A model generated the notes under the pieces. The model saw only the letters and a list, made by a program, of their open reading frames with translations, did no database searches and was not told the origin of the DNA. A program made the position numbers and the translations under genes. This document shows positions 28,185-37,526 of a stretch of 64,000 nucleotides of DNA, piece by piece. The stretch is taken from assembly GCA_964422865.1 (NCBI GenBank), contig CAYRCU010000001.1:5159-69158 (forward strand). Direction: 5' to 3'. The stretch comes from an uncultured Gammaproteobacteria bacterium (GTDB taxonomy: Bacteria > Patescibacteriota > Microgenomatia > UBA8517). Numbering within the stretch: position 1 is the stretch's first letter; every line of letters starts with the position of its first letter.

Positions 28185-28241
28185 AAGTGAAACTTGGCAG
28201 AGCCTTACGTAAATGTATTTTAACCTAAAATTGAAGAAAGA

Positions 28242-30659
28242 TTAAGCTTGAGAGACAAATGGAAGAGAATTGAATACTCTTTTGCTGTTTGTTTTTTTGT
28301 TTAGAGGCCAGTTTGTGAGGGCAACTTTAAGAACATCTTTTATGTTTCCCGCAAAAACGAATTTTATATCTTTTTTGACGTTTTGAGGGATATCCTGAAG
28401 ATCTTTTTTATTGTCTTGCGGGAGAATTATGGTTTTGAGCCCTGCTGTGTGCCCGGCAACAACTTTTGCTTTTACTCCCCCAATTTCCAGTACTCTTCCT
28501 CTCAAAGTTATTTCACCTGTCATGCCAACATCTCTTTTTACTGATATGCCTGTAAGAGCTGAGACTAGTGCTGTGATCATGGCAACTCCCGCTGAAGGGC
28601 CGTCTTTTGGAGTGGCCCCTTCCGGAACATGGACGTGGACATCAATCTTTTGACCGAAGCCTTCCGGAAGCTTAAGCTCCTTCCAATGAGATTTTGTCCA
28701 AGTGAAAGCGGCTTTTACGGACTCTTTCATCACATCCCCTAATTGTCCTGTTAGAATAAGTTTGCCTTTTCCCGGCATGAGAGCTACTTCCACAAACATT
28801 ATTTCGCCTCCTGCGGATGTTACTCCAAGCCCTGTAGCCATACCTACCTCATTTTTCTTTTCAGCTATCAGGGAGCTAAACTTTTTTGGCCCCAGAAGCT
28901 TTCTGACTGTTGAGATTTTAATTTCCTTTGGATAATGCTTTTTTTCGGCAATTAGTCGCGCTGTTTTTCGACAAAGAGTTGCAAGAGTTCGTTCGAGCTC
29001 ACGCACTCCCGCCTCACGAGTATATTTATTGATAACTTCGTAGAGAGCTTCTTTTGTAATGGTAATTTTCTTGTCGTTGATACCGTTTGCCCTAAGCTGC
29101 TTGGGCCAGAGATATTTTTTGGCAATATTGTATTTTTCGTCTTCTATGTAGCCTGCGAAATTGATTATCTCCATACGATCTCTAAGCGGAGCAGGAATTG
29201 TGTCCATAACATTTGCCGTACAGATAAAGGTTACTTTTGAGAGGTCGAAGGGAACTTCTAAATAATGATCTGAATATTCTTTATTTTGCTCGGGATCAAG
29301 AATCTCAAGAAGGGCTGACGCGGGATCCCCTCTGTAGTCTGCTCCAAGCTTGTCAATTTCATCAAGCATAAACACAGGGTTATTGGTTCCTGCATTTTTG
29401 ATTCCCTGGATAATACGCCCCGGAAGAGCACCTACATAGGTTCTTCTGTGTCCTCTGATTTCTGCTTCGTCACGGATACCTCCCAGAGAGACTCGCGCAA
29501 ACTTCCTGCCGAGGGCTTTTGCGATAGATTTGCCGATTGAAGTTTTACCTACTCCTGGCGGGCCTACAAAACAAAGGATTGTTGGATGTGAATCTTCGTC
29601 AACCAGTTTTTTCTTTCCGTTTTGTTTTAGTTTTATTACCGACAAATATTCAAGGATTCGCTCCTTTGCCTTTTCCAGACCATAGTGATCATTGTTTAGT
29701 GTTTTTGCGGCTTTTTTGATTGTAAGATCCGTTTTGGAAGAAATTGACCAAGGCATTTCGACAAGCCAATCAAGATAGTTTCTTATAAAGCCCCCTTCCG
29801 GACTGTGAGAGGGGAGCTTTTCGAGCCTTTTTAATTCTTTTTTGGCTTTAAGGCGAACGGCTTTGGGCATTTTTGCCTTCTTTATTTTTTCGGCGTATTC
29901 AGCAAATTCACTCTCTGTCACTCCGCCTTCATCCTCGCCCAGTTCCTCCTCAATTGTACGTTTTTTCTCTCTGAGCATGGCTTTCCTCATTTGACTCTCG
30001 AAGCGCTGTTGAGTTTTTTGTGAAATGGTTTGCTCGAGATCTAAAACACTTACTTCACGATTTAAAAATTCAATAACCTTTTTGAGTCGTTTGTTAACTG
30101 ATGTTTCTTCCAAAAGGAGTTGCTTGTGAGAGGTTTTAATATCAAGGAGAGAGGAGATAGAATCTGCAAGAATTACAGGTTCCGACTGGCGGGAAAGCAC
30201 TTTCATGATAGTTGTAACGTCAACATTTTTACCGAGATTCACTGCTTTTCTGAAGAGTACGATAAGCTGCTTTGCGAGTATTAAGTTTTCAGGAGAGTCT
30301 ACATCGGTTTCCGGAATTTCAGTTACCTTGCCGACGAGAAACGGCTCGGTTGAGGTTAGTTCATCAAGCTTTACTCTTACCTGACCTTTGACCAGTGCGT
30401 GAATTTCGTTCTCGCTGGACATCATTTGGCTAACCGTTGCTATAATCCCAACCTTGTGAAGATCTCCTTTTTTAGGATTTTTGATTCGAGCATTTTTCTG
30501 TGAAAATACGGCAATTACGCGGTCACCCTGAAAAGCAAAATTGACGGCTTTAAGTGACTTTTGCCGACCAAATGTCAAAAAGGAGTCAACATGAGGAAAT
30601 ATGACTGAGCCGCGGATTGCGACGACGGGAATTGTTCTTTGTTGGCCACTTGTTTTCAT
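28242..30659 (-). CDS. lon: ATP-dependent Lon protease
   Basis: LON N-domain, AAA+ module (GPPGVGKTS), and S16 protease domain with DGPSAGVAM serine. Confidence 0.95.
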   Translation of the reverse strand: MKTSGQQRTIPVVAIRGSVIFPHVDSFLTFGRQKSLKAVNFAFQGDRVIAVFSQKNARIKNPKKGDLHKVGIIATVSQMMSSENEIHALVKGQVRVKLDELTSTEPFLVGKVTEIPETDVDSPENLILAKQLIVLFRKAVNLGKNVDVTTIMKVLSRQSEPVILADSISSLLDIKTSHKQLLLEETSVNKRLKKVIEFLNREVSVLDLEQTISQKTQQRFESQMRKAMLREKKRTIEEELGEDEGGVTESEFAEYAEKIKKAKMPKAVRLKAKKELKRLEKLPSHSPEGGFIRNYLDWLVEMPWSISSKTDLTIKKAAKTLNNDHYGLEKAKERILEYLSVIKLKQNGKKKLVDEDSHPTILCFVGPPGVGKTSIGKSIAKALGRKFARVSLGGIRDEAEIRGHRRTYVGALPGRIIQGIKNAGTNNPVFMLDEIDKLGADYRGDPASALLEILDPEQNKEYSDHYLEVPFDLSKVTFICTANVMDTIPAPLRDRMEIINFAGYIEDEKYNIAKKYLWPKQLRANGINDKKITITKEALYEVINKYTREAGVRELERTLATLCRKTARLIAEKKHYPKEIKISTVRKLLGPKKFSSLIAEKKNEVGMATGLGVTSAGGEIMFVEVALMPGKGKLILTGQLGDVMKESVKAAFTWTKSHWKELKLPEGFGQKIDVHVHVPEGATPKDGPSAGVAMITALVSALTGISVKRDVGMTGEITLRGRVLEIGGVKAKVVAGHTAGLKTIILPQDNKKDLQDIPQNVKKDIKFVFAGNIKDVLKVALTNWPLNKKTNSKRVFNSLPFVSQA

Positions 30660-30700
30660 GCGATTTTAGCAGTCTAATATATTGAGTGCTATATGTCAAG

Positions 30701-31363
30701 TTATTTATGGATTACTATTCTTGTACCTGGATTTTTGGGACTTGAGAAGACGGAATATTCCCCCCCTGAGAGTGTGGGAGTGGTCCAGTAGTACAATTTT
30801 TCTGCTACAGAAGTGGGCAAATTCACACAACCATGGCTGTGAACACGACCAAAATCATTGTGCCAATAAGTTCCGTGGAGTCCGAAACCACGCCAGTTGG
30901 GGACCTTGTCGTTCCCAAAAAACATAATAAACGGTACGTTGGGAAGATTGTAATAGTATGCTCCCTCTCCCCCTTCCATTTTGGCCGCTCTAAGTTTTAC
31001 CCAAATCCTAAATTCGCCCGTTGGTGTTGGCCATTGAGGAAGGCCTGTTGAAACAAGTGTTTCCAGATAAAGAACACTTCCGTCCCAAGCACGGAGTTTT
31101 TGTTCCGACAAATCTACCTCTATCCACTTCTCATTTGAATTGCTTACTCCCAAAACCGGCTTTGTGTCTCCAAGTATGATTTCAGGGGCGTAAACCACCT
31201 TGCTGTGATAACTTCCTTTGGTCTCACCTTTAGTTGGTATACCTGAGAAGTTTTCGACTCTGCTTGCAATATTTACCTTTTTTTGAATAATGGATGAGTA
31301 TAAAATACTGAGACCTAAAACAAATAAAAACGGTGAAAGTGTGAAGAAAAGCTTTTTGGACAT
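30701..31363 (-). CDS. L,D-transpeptidase (YkuD family)
   Basis: Catalytic HSHGCVNL motif. N-terminal TM or signal. Confidence 0.75.
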   Translation of the reverse strand: MSKKLFFTLSPFLFVLGLSILYSSIIQKKVNIASRVENFSGIPTKGETKGSYHSKVVYAPEIILGDTKPVLGVSNSNEKWIEVDLSEQKLRAWDGSVLYLETLVSTGLPQWPTPTGEFRIWVKLRAAKMEGGEGAYYYNLPNVPFIMFFGNDKVPNWRGFGLHGTYWHNDFGRVHSHGCVNLPTSVAEKLYYWTTPTLSGGEYSVFSSPKNPGTRIVIHK

Positions 31364-31376
31364 GTAATAACTAGAG

Positions 31377-32123
31377 CTAGGTTAATCCTAGCACAATAGC
31401 TACGGTTCCCACAATTGCACAATAGACAGAAAAATACTTAAATTGTCTACTTACCAGAAAACTTGTGACAAGTTTCAGGGCAATAAGAGCTACCGCCAGA
31501 GCACTTAAAAATCCAAAAAGATACTGGGTAAGGCTTATTGTGTTGTTGGCTCTGCTTGTAAAAAGCTCTAAAAGACTGGCTCCGAGGATGGCGGGCACTG
31601 ATAATAAAAATGAGAATTCTGCTGTTTTTTCCCTGTCTACCCCTAAGGAGGTACCGGCAAAAATGGTTGAGCCGGAGCGTGAGATACCCGGGATAATTGC
31701 CAGAGCTTGAGCAAGACCTATGAAAATTGCATCAAGGCGCGAAATGAATTCTCTTTTTGCCCAAAAACGATCCGTAAAAAAATTAAGAACTGCTGTAAGA
31801 AGAAGTGCGAAACCTACAATTGTCAGGCTTGAAAAAAAACTTTCGAGAATCCCCTTAAAAAGAAATCCGACTGCTGCCGCCGGCAGAGTGGCGATTGCAA
31901 TGAGTGAGATGTAATTGAAACTGAGCTTTAAAATATTGCTGCGAAAATGGAACACTATTGCCGCGGCGGTTGCTGCATGAAGAACTACATCAAAAAGAAC
32001 TCCGGGTTGCTTGAAATTTGGGATCAAACTTTGAGCTATGACCAGGTGCCCGGAGGAACTTACGGGAAGAAATTCAGTGAAACCCTGAATAACCCCAAGG
32101 AGTATTGCCGAGATGAGATTCAT
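31377..32123 (-). CDS. uppP: Undecaprenyl-diphosphatase
   Basis: LPVSSSGHL motif and multiple TM helices, typical of BacA/UppP. Confidence 0.85.
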   Translation of the reverse strand: MNLISAILLGVIQGFTEFLPVSSSGHLVIAQSLIPNFKQPGVLFDVVLHAATAAAIVFHFRSNILKLSFNYISLIAIATLPAAAVGFLFKGILESFFSSLTIVGFALLLTAVLNFFTDRFWAKREFISRLDAIFIGLAQALAIIPGISRSGSTIFAGTSLGVDREKTAEFSFLLSVPAILGASLLELFTSRANNTISLTQYLFGFLSALAVALIALKLVTSFLVSRQFKYFSVYCAIVGTVAIVLGLT

Positions 32124-32128
32124 TTGAC

Positions 32129-32863
32129 CTATTCTAAATCAACGACGAGCTCTTGCCAATTGTTGGGGCTGACGCTTTCCAGATTAACGGCATTTTTGAT
32201 TGAATATTTATCTATCTTTGTTCGCTTGAGATTTTTAAGGTAGGCAAAAGTCTTTAGAGATTTGCCAATATCTCTGGCAAGGGCGCGAATGTATGTGCCG
32301 GAGGAGACTTTGCATTCAATTGAAAGGGTTGGATATTTATAGGCAAGAAGTTTAATTGAATAAACAATAACTTTTCTGGGTTTAAGTTTTACTTTTTTGC
32401 CTTTTCTGGCAAGATTATAAGATTTTTTGCCATCTACTTTTATGGCTGAGTATATGGGTGGCTTTTGGATAAGTTCCCCGGTAAATTTTTTGAGTACTTT
32501 TATCACTTCCTTTTTTGAAGGCTTTATGTTTGTGTTTCTGTTTACTGCTTTTCCCTCAACGTCATCCGTTGTTCTTTCTTCACCCAGCAGTATTTCGGCT
32601 TCGTATGTTTTTGTGGTGTTTTTTGAAATTGCACCAAGTTTCTTTGTGCTTTGGCGCTTAATACCAATTATAAGAAGACCTGTGGCATTTGGGTCGAGAG
32701 TTCCTGCGTGACCTACTTTTTTTATGCCAGTAAACTTTCTTACTTTGTTAACAACATCATGAGAGGTGATACCCTTGGGCTTATTTATTAGAAGGAACAT
32801 ACACTGTTTGTTGATATAATTTCTCAACTTTTTCCCAGTCAACAATATTCCACCAAGCTTCAA
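32129..32863 (-). CDS. truB: tRNA pseudouridine(55) synthase TruB
   Basis: GHAGTLDPNATGLL catalytic Asp motif. The true start is probably the internal MFLLINKP. Confidence 0.85.
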   Translation of the reverse strand: MKLGGILLTGKKLRNYINKQCMFLLINKPKGITSHDVVNKVRKFTGIKKVGHAGTLDPNATGLLIIGIKRQSTKKLGAISKNTTKTYEAEILLGEERTTDDVEGKAVNRNTNIKPSKKEVIKVLKKFTGELIQKPPIYSAIKVDGKKSYNLARKGKKVKLKPRKVIVYSIKLLAYKYPTLSIECKVSSGTYIRALARDIGKSLKTFAYLKNLKRTKIDKYSIKNAVNLESVSPNNWQELVVDLE

Positions 32864-33236
32864 TATACTTTGCTTTCTGATTTTGATACTTTAGGTAATA
32901 GGCATGCTCCCCAAAGGTTTTGTTTATTGCATTTTTTAGATCACCTTCCGGCTCTCTTTTACCGTCGGGGCTCATTATTTGCCAGAATAATGTGTGGTTG
33001 GCATGACCTCCACCATTATTGATCACTGATTGCCGGATGCTCTCCGGAACATCATTAATACTTTTGAGAAGATCTTCGATGGAGAGTTTTTGCAACTTAG
33101 GGTGTTTTGCAAGGATGTCGTTTAGTTTCTTTACATAACCTGCATGGTGTTTTTGATGATGCAGGTGCATTGTTTGCTCGTCTATGTATGGCTCAAGGCT
33201 TGAATAGTTATAGGGTAAGTCAGGTAAATTGTGCAT
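32781..33236 (-). CDS. Fe/Mn superoxide dismutase homolog with an in-frame deletion of the central beta region
   Basis: N-domain HHxKHH and GGHANHTLFW are intact. The sequence then jumps directly to EHAYYLKYQN...WNIVDWEKV, so about 70 aa including the Asp ligand region are missing. 151 aa versus about 200 expected. Confidence 0.65.
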   Translation of the reverse strand: MHNLPDLPYNYSSLEPYIDEQTMHLHHQKHHAGYVKKLNDILAKHPKLQKLSIEDLLKSINDVPESIRQSVINNGGGHANHTLFWQIMSPDGKREPEGDLKNAINKTFGEHAYYLKYQNQKAKYIEAWWNIVDWEKVEKLYQQTVYVPSNK

Positions 33237-33259
33237 ACCTTATTATATAATGTAGGGCG

Positions 33260-34417
33260 GTGAAAAAAAGTTTCAGTTTTGTGGTGGTTTTTTTAATTGT
33301 CTTACTTGCCAATAATAGCGCTTTTGCCTCCGACGATTCACATGGCAAAAGTAGTGCAAATAATAAATATGGAATCCATATTTTAAATGAGAGTGATTTG
33401 GATGATGCTGCTAAACTTGTGAACGGCGGAGGTGGAGAATGGGGATATGTGACAATAGTTATTCGAAAAGATGAAAGGGACAGTGCTTACTGGAATAAAA
33501 TGTTTAAGAGATTTTCAGAACTTAAGTTGATACCGATTGTTAGAATTGCCACCATAAGCCAAGGAGGTATTTGGGAAAAACCCAATGAAAAGGATGCGGG
33601 AGCTTGGGCCGAATTTTTAGATTCTCTTCCCTGGCCTGTTAAAAACAGATATGTTGTCCTATTTAATGAGCCAAATCATGCTAAAGAATGGGGCGGAGAG
33701 ATAAATCCGAAAGAATACTCAAAAATAGTTAGAGTTTACTGGGAGGAGCTGAAGAAAGCTTCTTTTAACTTTTTTGTGCTTTCTGCCGGGTTTGATGCTG
33801 CCGCTTTAAACACAAGGGAGACAATGGACAGTGCTGTCTTTTTTGAAGAAATGTACAAGCAAGATGAATTAGTGTTTACGCTTTTTGATGGCTGGGCATC
33901 TCATTCTTATCCAAATCCCGGGTTTATGGGAAGTCCGCAGGAAGACGGAAAGATGAGTATTAGAGGATATGATTGGGAAACTAATTTTCTTTATAAATTT
34001 GGACTGAGACGTAATATACCGGTATTTATCACGGAAACCGGATGGAGTAATTTGCTGGGTGAAAGCAAAATTTCAGAAAACTATAGATATGCTTTTGAAA
34101 GAGTCTGGAATGATGAAAGAATAGTAGCTATTACCCCCTTTGTTCTTAATTATACGTCTTACCCATTTAGCATGTTTTCTTGGATAAATCCTTCTACCGG
34201 TGAATACTATTCTTACTACAAAGTTGTAATGGAAATTCCTAAAGTCAAAGGAAAGCCTGAGATGGAGAAAAGAGAAAAGAAAGTGAAGGGTAGAAAAACA
34301 GTCGCTTTTGAGAAATATCCATTTTTGGTGGATTATATTCGCGGTGAAAGCAAAATTAAAAAAACATTCTTGCAAAACCTGCAGATTAATCTAATAGGGA
34401 CAACTTTCTTATTATAG
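33260..34417 (+). CDS. Secreted clan GH-A (GH5-like) glycoside hydrolase-like protein
   Basis: Signal peptide. NEPN (acid/base Glu) and ITETGW (nucleophile Glu) signatures of (beta/alpha)8 GH-A enzymes. Confidence 0.5.
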   Translation: MKKSFSFVVVFLIVLLANNSAFASDDSHGKSSANNKYGIHILNESDLDDAAKLVNGGGGEWGYVTIVIRKDERDSAYWNKMFKRFSELKLIPIVRIATISQGGIWEKPNEKDAGAWAEFLDSLPWPVKNRYVVLFNEPNHAKEWGGEINPKEYSKIVRVYWEELKKASFNFFVLSAGFDAAALNTRETMDSAVFFEEMYKQDELVFTLFDGWASHSYPNPGFMGSPQEDGKMSIRGYDWETNFLYKFGLRRNIPVFITETGWSNLLGESKISENYRYAFERVWNDERIVAITPFVLNYTSYPFSMFSWINPSTGEYYSYYKVVMEIPKVKGKPEMEKREKKVKGRKTVAFEKYPFLVDYIRGESKIKKTFLQNLQINLIGTTFLL

Positions 34418-34440
34418 TTTTATACTATATCTTGTAATAA

Positions 34441-35673
34441 ATGACTGCGGAAAGTATTGGGGGGAAATACAGATCCATAATACCCGAGAGAGGTGGCTCT
34501 ACTTCTGAAATTCCCGATGATGTCCCGGCTCCAAGGATCAGTATTTCTCAAATTGAAATTGCCTTAAGTGTTATTGAGAACGACACAACTCTGAAAGAAG
34601 CAGAGACAAAAGAGTATCCTTTTGATTCACTTGAAGTTGTTATTGCATCAATGCGGGGAACTTCTCTGCATGTATTAAGCACGCTTGCTTCTGTAATTGC
34701 TCGAGAAGAACAAAGAGGTGCCTCAGAAGAAATAGATCCCAGGGTTTTGCAAGAATATTTTCCAACTTTTCCTGCTCGCGGGCTTAGAATTATTGCAAGG
34801 CTAATTGATGATTCCCGTAATTTAACTCCAAGGAAATTGGAAAAGTATTTTGGAGAAGAATACGGGGCAGACAGACAATTGTTGTGTGAAGCTTTAAGAG
34901 ATGGTGTCAGCAATTGGGAAGAGTCTTTGTTGGGCAAGCAAATTTATATGGCTTGGCAGATTTATCGATATATACAGTTAAGACATTTTTGTGATTGGGA
35001 TAAAAATTCACCCGGTTATAGTGCAAATGATCTTAAGAATGCTTGGCTTGACGAAAGCATTGAAGAAAGAGGAATAAAACTAATTGAGTGGTGGCTTAGT
35101 GAAGAAAACTGCAATCTTTTGGAACAATTAACCGATCCTAACACAAAAGTACATTTTGAAATGACTGTTATTAATAACATTTCTTTGTTGGGTGCTCGGG
35201 CGCAAGTTCCGGTTCGAAACGATGTAATTATTCGTCCCGGTGACGATCAACTGGTGATAGTCGACTTTAAATTTGGAAACGAAGAGTTTGGCTATAACTC
35301 TGCGGGGGAGATGGAAATATTAATGATGTGTATGTGTGGAGAGGTGTTGAGAAAATATCTTCGTGGGAGAAGCTATGGTGTCTATCATGGCGAGCCAATA
35401 ATTATGAAGAGAAGAAAAGAGATTGTTATCCCTTTTTCAGGAACTTTTTTTTATTATTTAATTGGCGAGAGTGATGGAAGAATACGAGAGGTGGAGCTGA
35501 CACCTGATGAAGAAATGCAGAGGAAGGGAGCAGATAATTTACGTGGGCTAATAATGGAAGTTCACAGAAGAAAGCCTGTGTTTAGAGAAGTTGTTAACAG
35601 ACACAAGAATACAAGAGGGTGGAAATCTCCCAAGGCCGAGTGGGAGATGAAAGAGGGAACAGTGCACTTGTAG
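34441..35673 (+). CDS. Hypothetical protein with a C-terminal PD-(D/E)xK nuclease core (RecB/Cas4-like DYK-type motif)
   Basis: ...HFEMTV...IIRPGDD-QLVIVDFKFG... gives E, (P)D and D-x-K in canonical order and spacing. The VDFKFG resembles the RecB-family vvDYKtG motif. The N-terminal 250 aa are unassigned. Confidence 0.45.
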   Translation: MTAESIGGKYRSIIPERGGSTSEIPDDVPAPRISISQIEIALSVIENDTTLKEAETKEYPFDSLEVVIASMRGTSLHVLSTLASVIAREEQRGASEEIDPRVLQEYFPTFPARGLRIIARLIDDSRNLTPRKLEKYFGEEYGADRQLLCEALRDGVSNWEESLLGKQIYMAWQIYRYIQLRHFCDWDKNSPGYSANDLKNAWLDESIEERGIKLIEWWLSEENCNLLEQLTDPNTKVHFEMTVINNISLLGARAQVPVRNDVIIRPGDDQLVIVDFKFGNEEFGYNSAGEMEILMMCMCGEVLRKYLRGRSYGVYHGEPIIMKRRKEIVIPFSGTFFYYLIGESDGRIREVELTPDEEMQRKGADNLRGLIMEVHRRKPVFREVVNRHKNTRGWKSPKAEWEMKEGTVHL

Positions 35674-35698
35674 TTTAACTTCAACTTATATAGAATGT

Positions 35699-36313
35699 TT
35701 GTTTAATATGTTTGAGGTTATTTTTGATGTTGAAACTCAGAAGTTTTTTGATGAGATTGACGATAATGATCCCGGCAAACTTGGGGTAAGCATTGTATCT
35801 GTTTATTCAAGAAAGCTTGATGATAATTTCAATGAAATCGAAGGAAAAATGGAAAGCTTTTGGGAGAAAGAGCTTGCTGAAATGTGGCCTATTTTCCAAA
35901 GGGCAGACCGGATTATTGGATTTAACAGTGTAAAGTTTGATGTGCTAACTTTAGAGCCCTATGCAGACTTTCCTTTTGGCAAACTCCCCCACTTTGATAT
36001 TTTAGAGGAGGTTAAAAGATCGTTTGGCAGAAGAGTGAAACTTGATGCAATTGCAAAAGATACACTGGGAAATGTCAAAAATGACCACGGAGCAAATGCT
36101 GTAAGATATTACAAAAGCGGAGACAGAAAAAGTTTGGAAAAGCTAAAAAAATACTGTGAAATGGATGTCGTGATTACACGAGACATATATGATTACGGAC
36201 TTAAAAACGGAAGGCTTAAGTTTACTGATCACTGGAACACTCCAAGAGAAATAGAAGTTGATTTTAGCTATCCGGAGACGGAGTCTTTGGATGCACAGAT
36301 TGGACTTTTTTAA
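35699..36313 (+). CDS. Stand-alone DEDDy-type 3'-5' exonuclease (RNase H-like fold)
   Basis: Exo I FDVETQ, Exo II GFNSVKFD, Exo III YCEMDVVITRDIY (YxxxD). Lies 25 bp downstream of the PD-(D/E)xK gene. Confidence 0.6.
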   Translation: MFNMFEVIFDVETQKFFDEIDDNDPGKLGVSIVSVYSRKLDDNFNEIEGKMESFWEKELAEMWPIFQRADRIIGFNSVKFDVLTLEPYADFPFGKLPHFDILEEVKRSFGRRVKLDAIAKDTLGNVKNDHGANAVRYYKSGDRKSLEKLKKYCEMDVVITRDIYDYGLKNGRLKFTDHWNTPREIEVDFSYPETESLDAQIGLF

Positions 36314-36321
36314 TACTTTTT

Positions 36322-37362
36322 TTATCTCTGGCTTGAAAAACTTTTAAGTATTCCAAGAGACATATCGGTTTTTTTAATTGACTTTTGGGGATTTCTTTCT
36401 ACCTCGGATAAAGCTCTGATTGCATCAACGTTTTCGGGAATCACAATTGCTTCATTGTGAACTTGGTAATAAAAGGTAACATCACGCCCTTGCACATATA
36501 AAGAATCTTCCCAAAAAGCAACCTCCCACATATCTGCCCTCGGTCGTTTAAGATCTCGCATAAGCTCGACTAACTGATTTTCTGCAACCAATCCGTCTTC
36601 GTGCTTTACCGAAACAACCCGTGGTAAGGACTTTAACAAATTAACAATTTCATCTTTTGAAATTTCTTTATTTAATCTTATAAACGCTATATGAAGATGT
36701 CCCAGGGTCGTGGGAACCGCCATGGCCGCAGTAACGATATTTAAGCCGTGAATAACTTTTTGCGCGTCAATCCCTTGATGAGAAGGAATACTTTCTTCCA
36801 ACCTTATGGTCCCCAGTGGCCCTTGCTCGTGAGAATCAACCGGGTCTGATCCACGTCTAGCCAAAGCAATGTGGGCGACATCTAAAATCTGATCTCTTAC
36901 GAACGGATAAACGATTCTGCATATAGCTGTTGTATTGCAGGAAACCACTCTTAGACTCTTTTTACCTAAAGCATCACTGTAATTGACTTCTGCCACAAAG
37001 GAAAAACCGGTTAGATCGTGTTTCTCTCCGCCTTGAAATACAGATTTAACTCCAAACTGATCATACTTTTCTTTATTCTTCGCCCCAATTCCCTTTGGAG
37101 TTGCATCAACAATTATATCAACATATTTAAGTAGATTATCCAGATCACCCTTGCATTTATATCTGCTTGCCATTAGCTTTTGACATGCATCGGCATCAAC
37201 TCCATAAAGAGAAATGTTTGATTTTTTTATAGGGAAAAGCCGAAAGTCCGGTGTTCTGGCGGTTACTCCTACAAGTTCCATGTCGTCTTGTAAAAGTACA
37301 GCATCAGCAATTCTCTTACCGATAACTCCATAGCCATTTATTCCAACCTTAATCTTTTTCAT
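36322..37362 (-). CDS. Archaeal-type (type II) glyceraldehyde-3-phosphate dehydrogenase
   Basis: VGINGYGVIGKR Rossmann start and catalytic SCNTT motif, characteristic of type II GAPDH. Confidence 0.75.
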   Translation of the reverse strand: MKKIKVGINGYGVIGKRIADAVLLQDDMELVGVTARTPDFRLFPIKKSNISLYGVDADACQKLMASRYKCKGDLDNLLKYVDIIVDATPKGIGAKNKEKYDQFGVKSVFQGGEKHDLTGFSFVAEVNYSDALGKKSLRVVSCNTTAICRIVYPFVRDQILDVAHIALARRGSDPVDSHEQGPLGTIRLEESIPSHQGIDAQKVIHGLNIVTAAMAVPTTLGHLHIAFIRLNKEISKDEIVNLLKSLPRVVSVKHEDGLVAENQLVELMRDLKRPRADMWEVAFWEDSLYVQGRDVTFYYQVHNEAIVIPENVDAIRALSEVERNPQKSIKKTDMSLGILKSFSSQR

Positions 37363-37512
37363 TTAACAACAACCAGCAGCATTTTTTTTCTTATCTTTCT
37401 CTTTTAATTTCTTTCCACGATTATACAAAAATTTTCCGATGAAAGATTTCGGTTTTTCTTCAACTTTCTTGCTTTGTTTAGCGGTGCTGCTGCTTCCACA
37501 ACAATCTGACAT
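37363..37512 (-). CDS. 49-aa Lys-rich peptide with vicinal Cys pairs at both termini (MSDCC...AAGCC)
   Basis: Manual translation gives MSDCCGSSSTAKQSKKVEEKPKSFIGKFLYNRGKKLKEKDKKKNAAGCC. SD AAGGAAA lies 8 nt upstream. Its stop TAA abuts the GAPDH ATG, and it sits 14 nt after the Cu-ATPase stop. The ORF track shows only a longer artefactual 110-aa ORF here. Confidence 0.5.
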   Translation of the reverse strand: MSDCCGSSSTAKQSKKVEEKPKSFIGKFLYNRGKKLKEKDKKKNAAGCC

Positions 37513-37526
37513 GTTAATTGTTTCCT

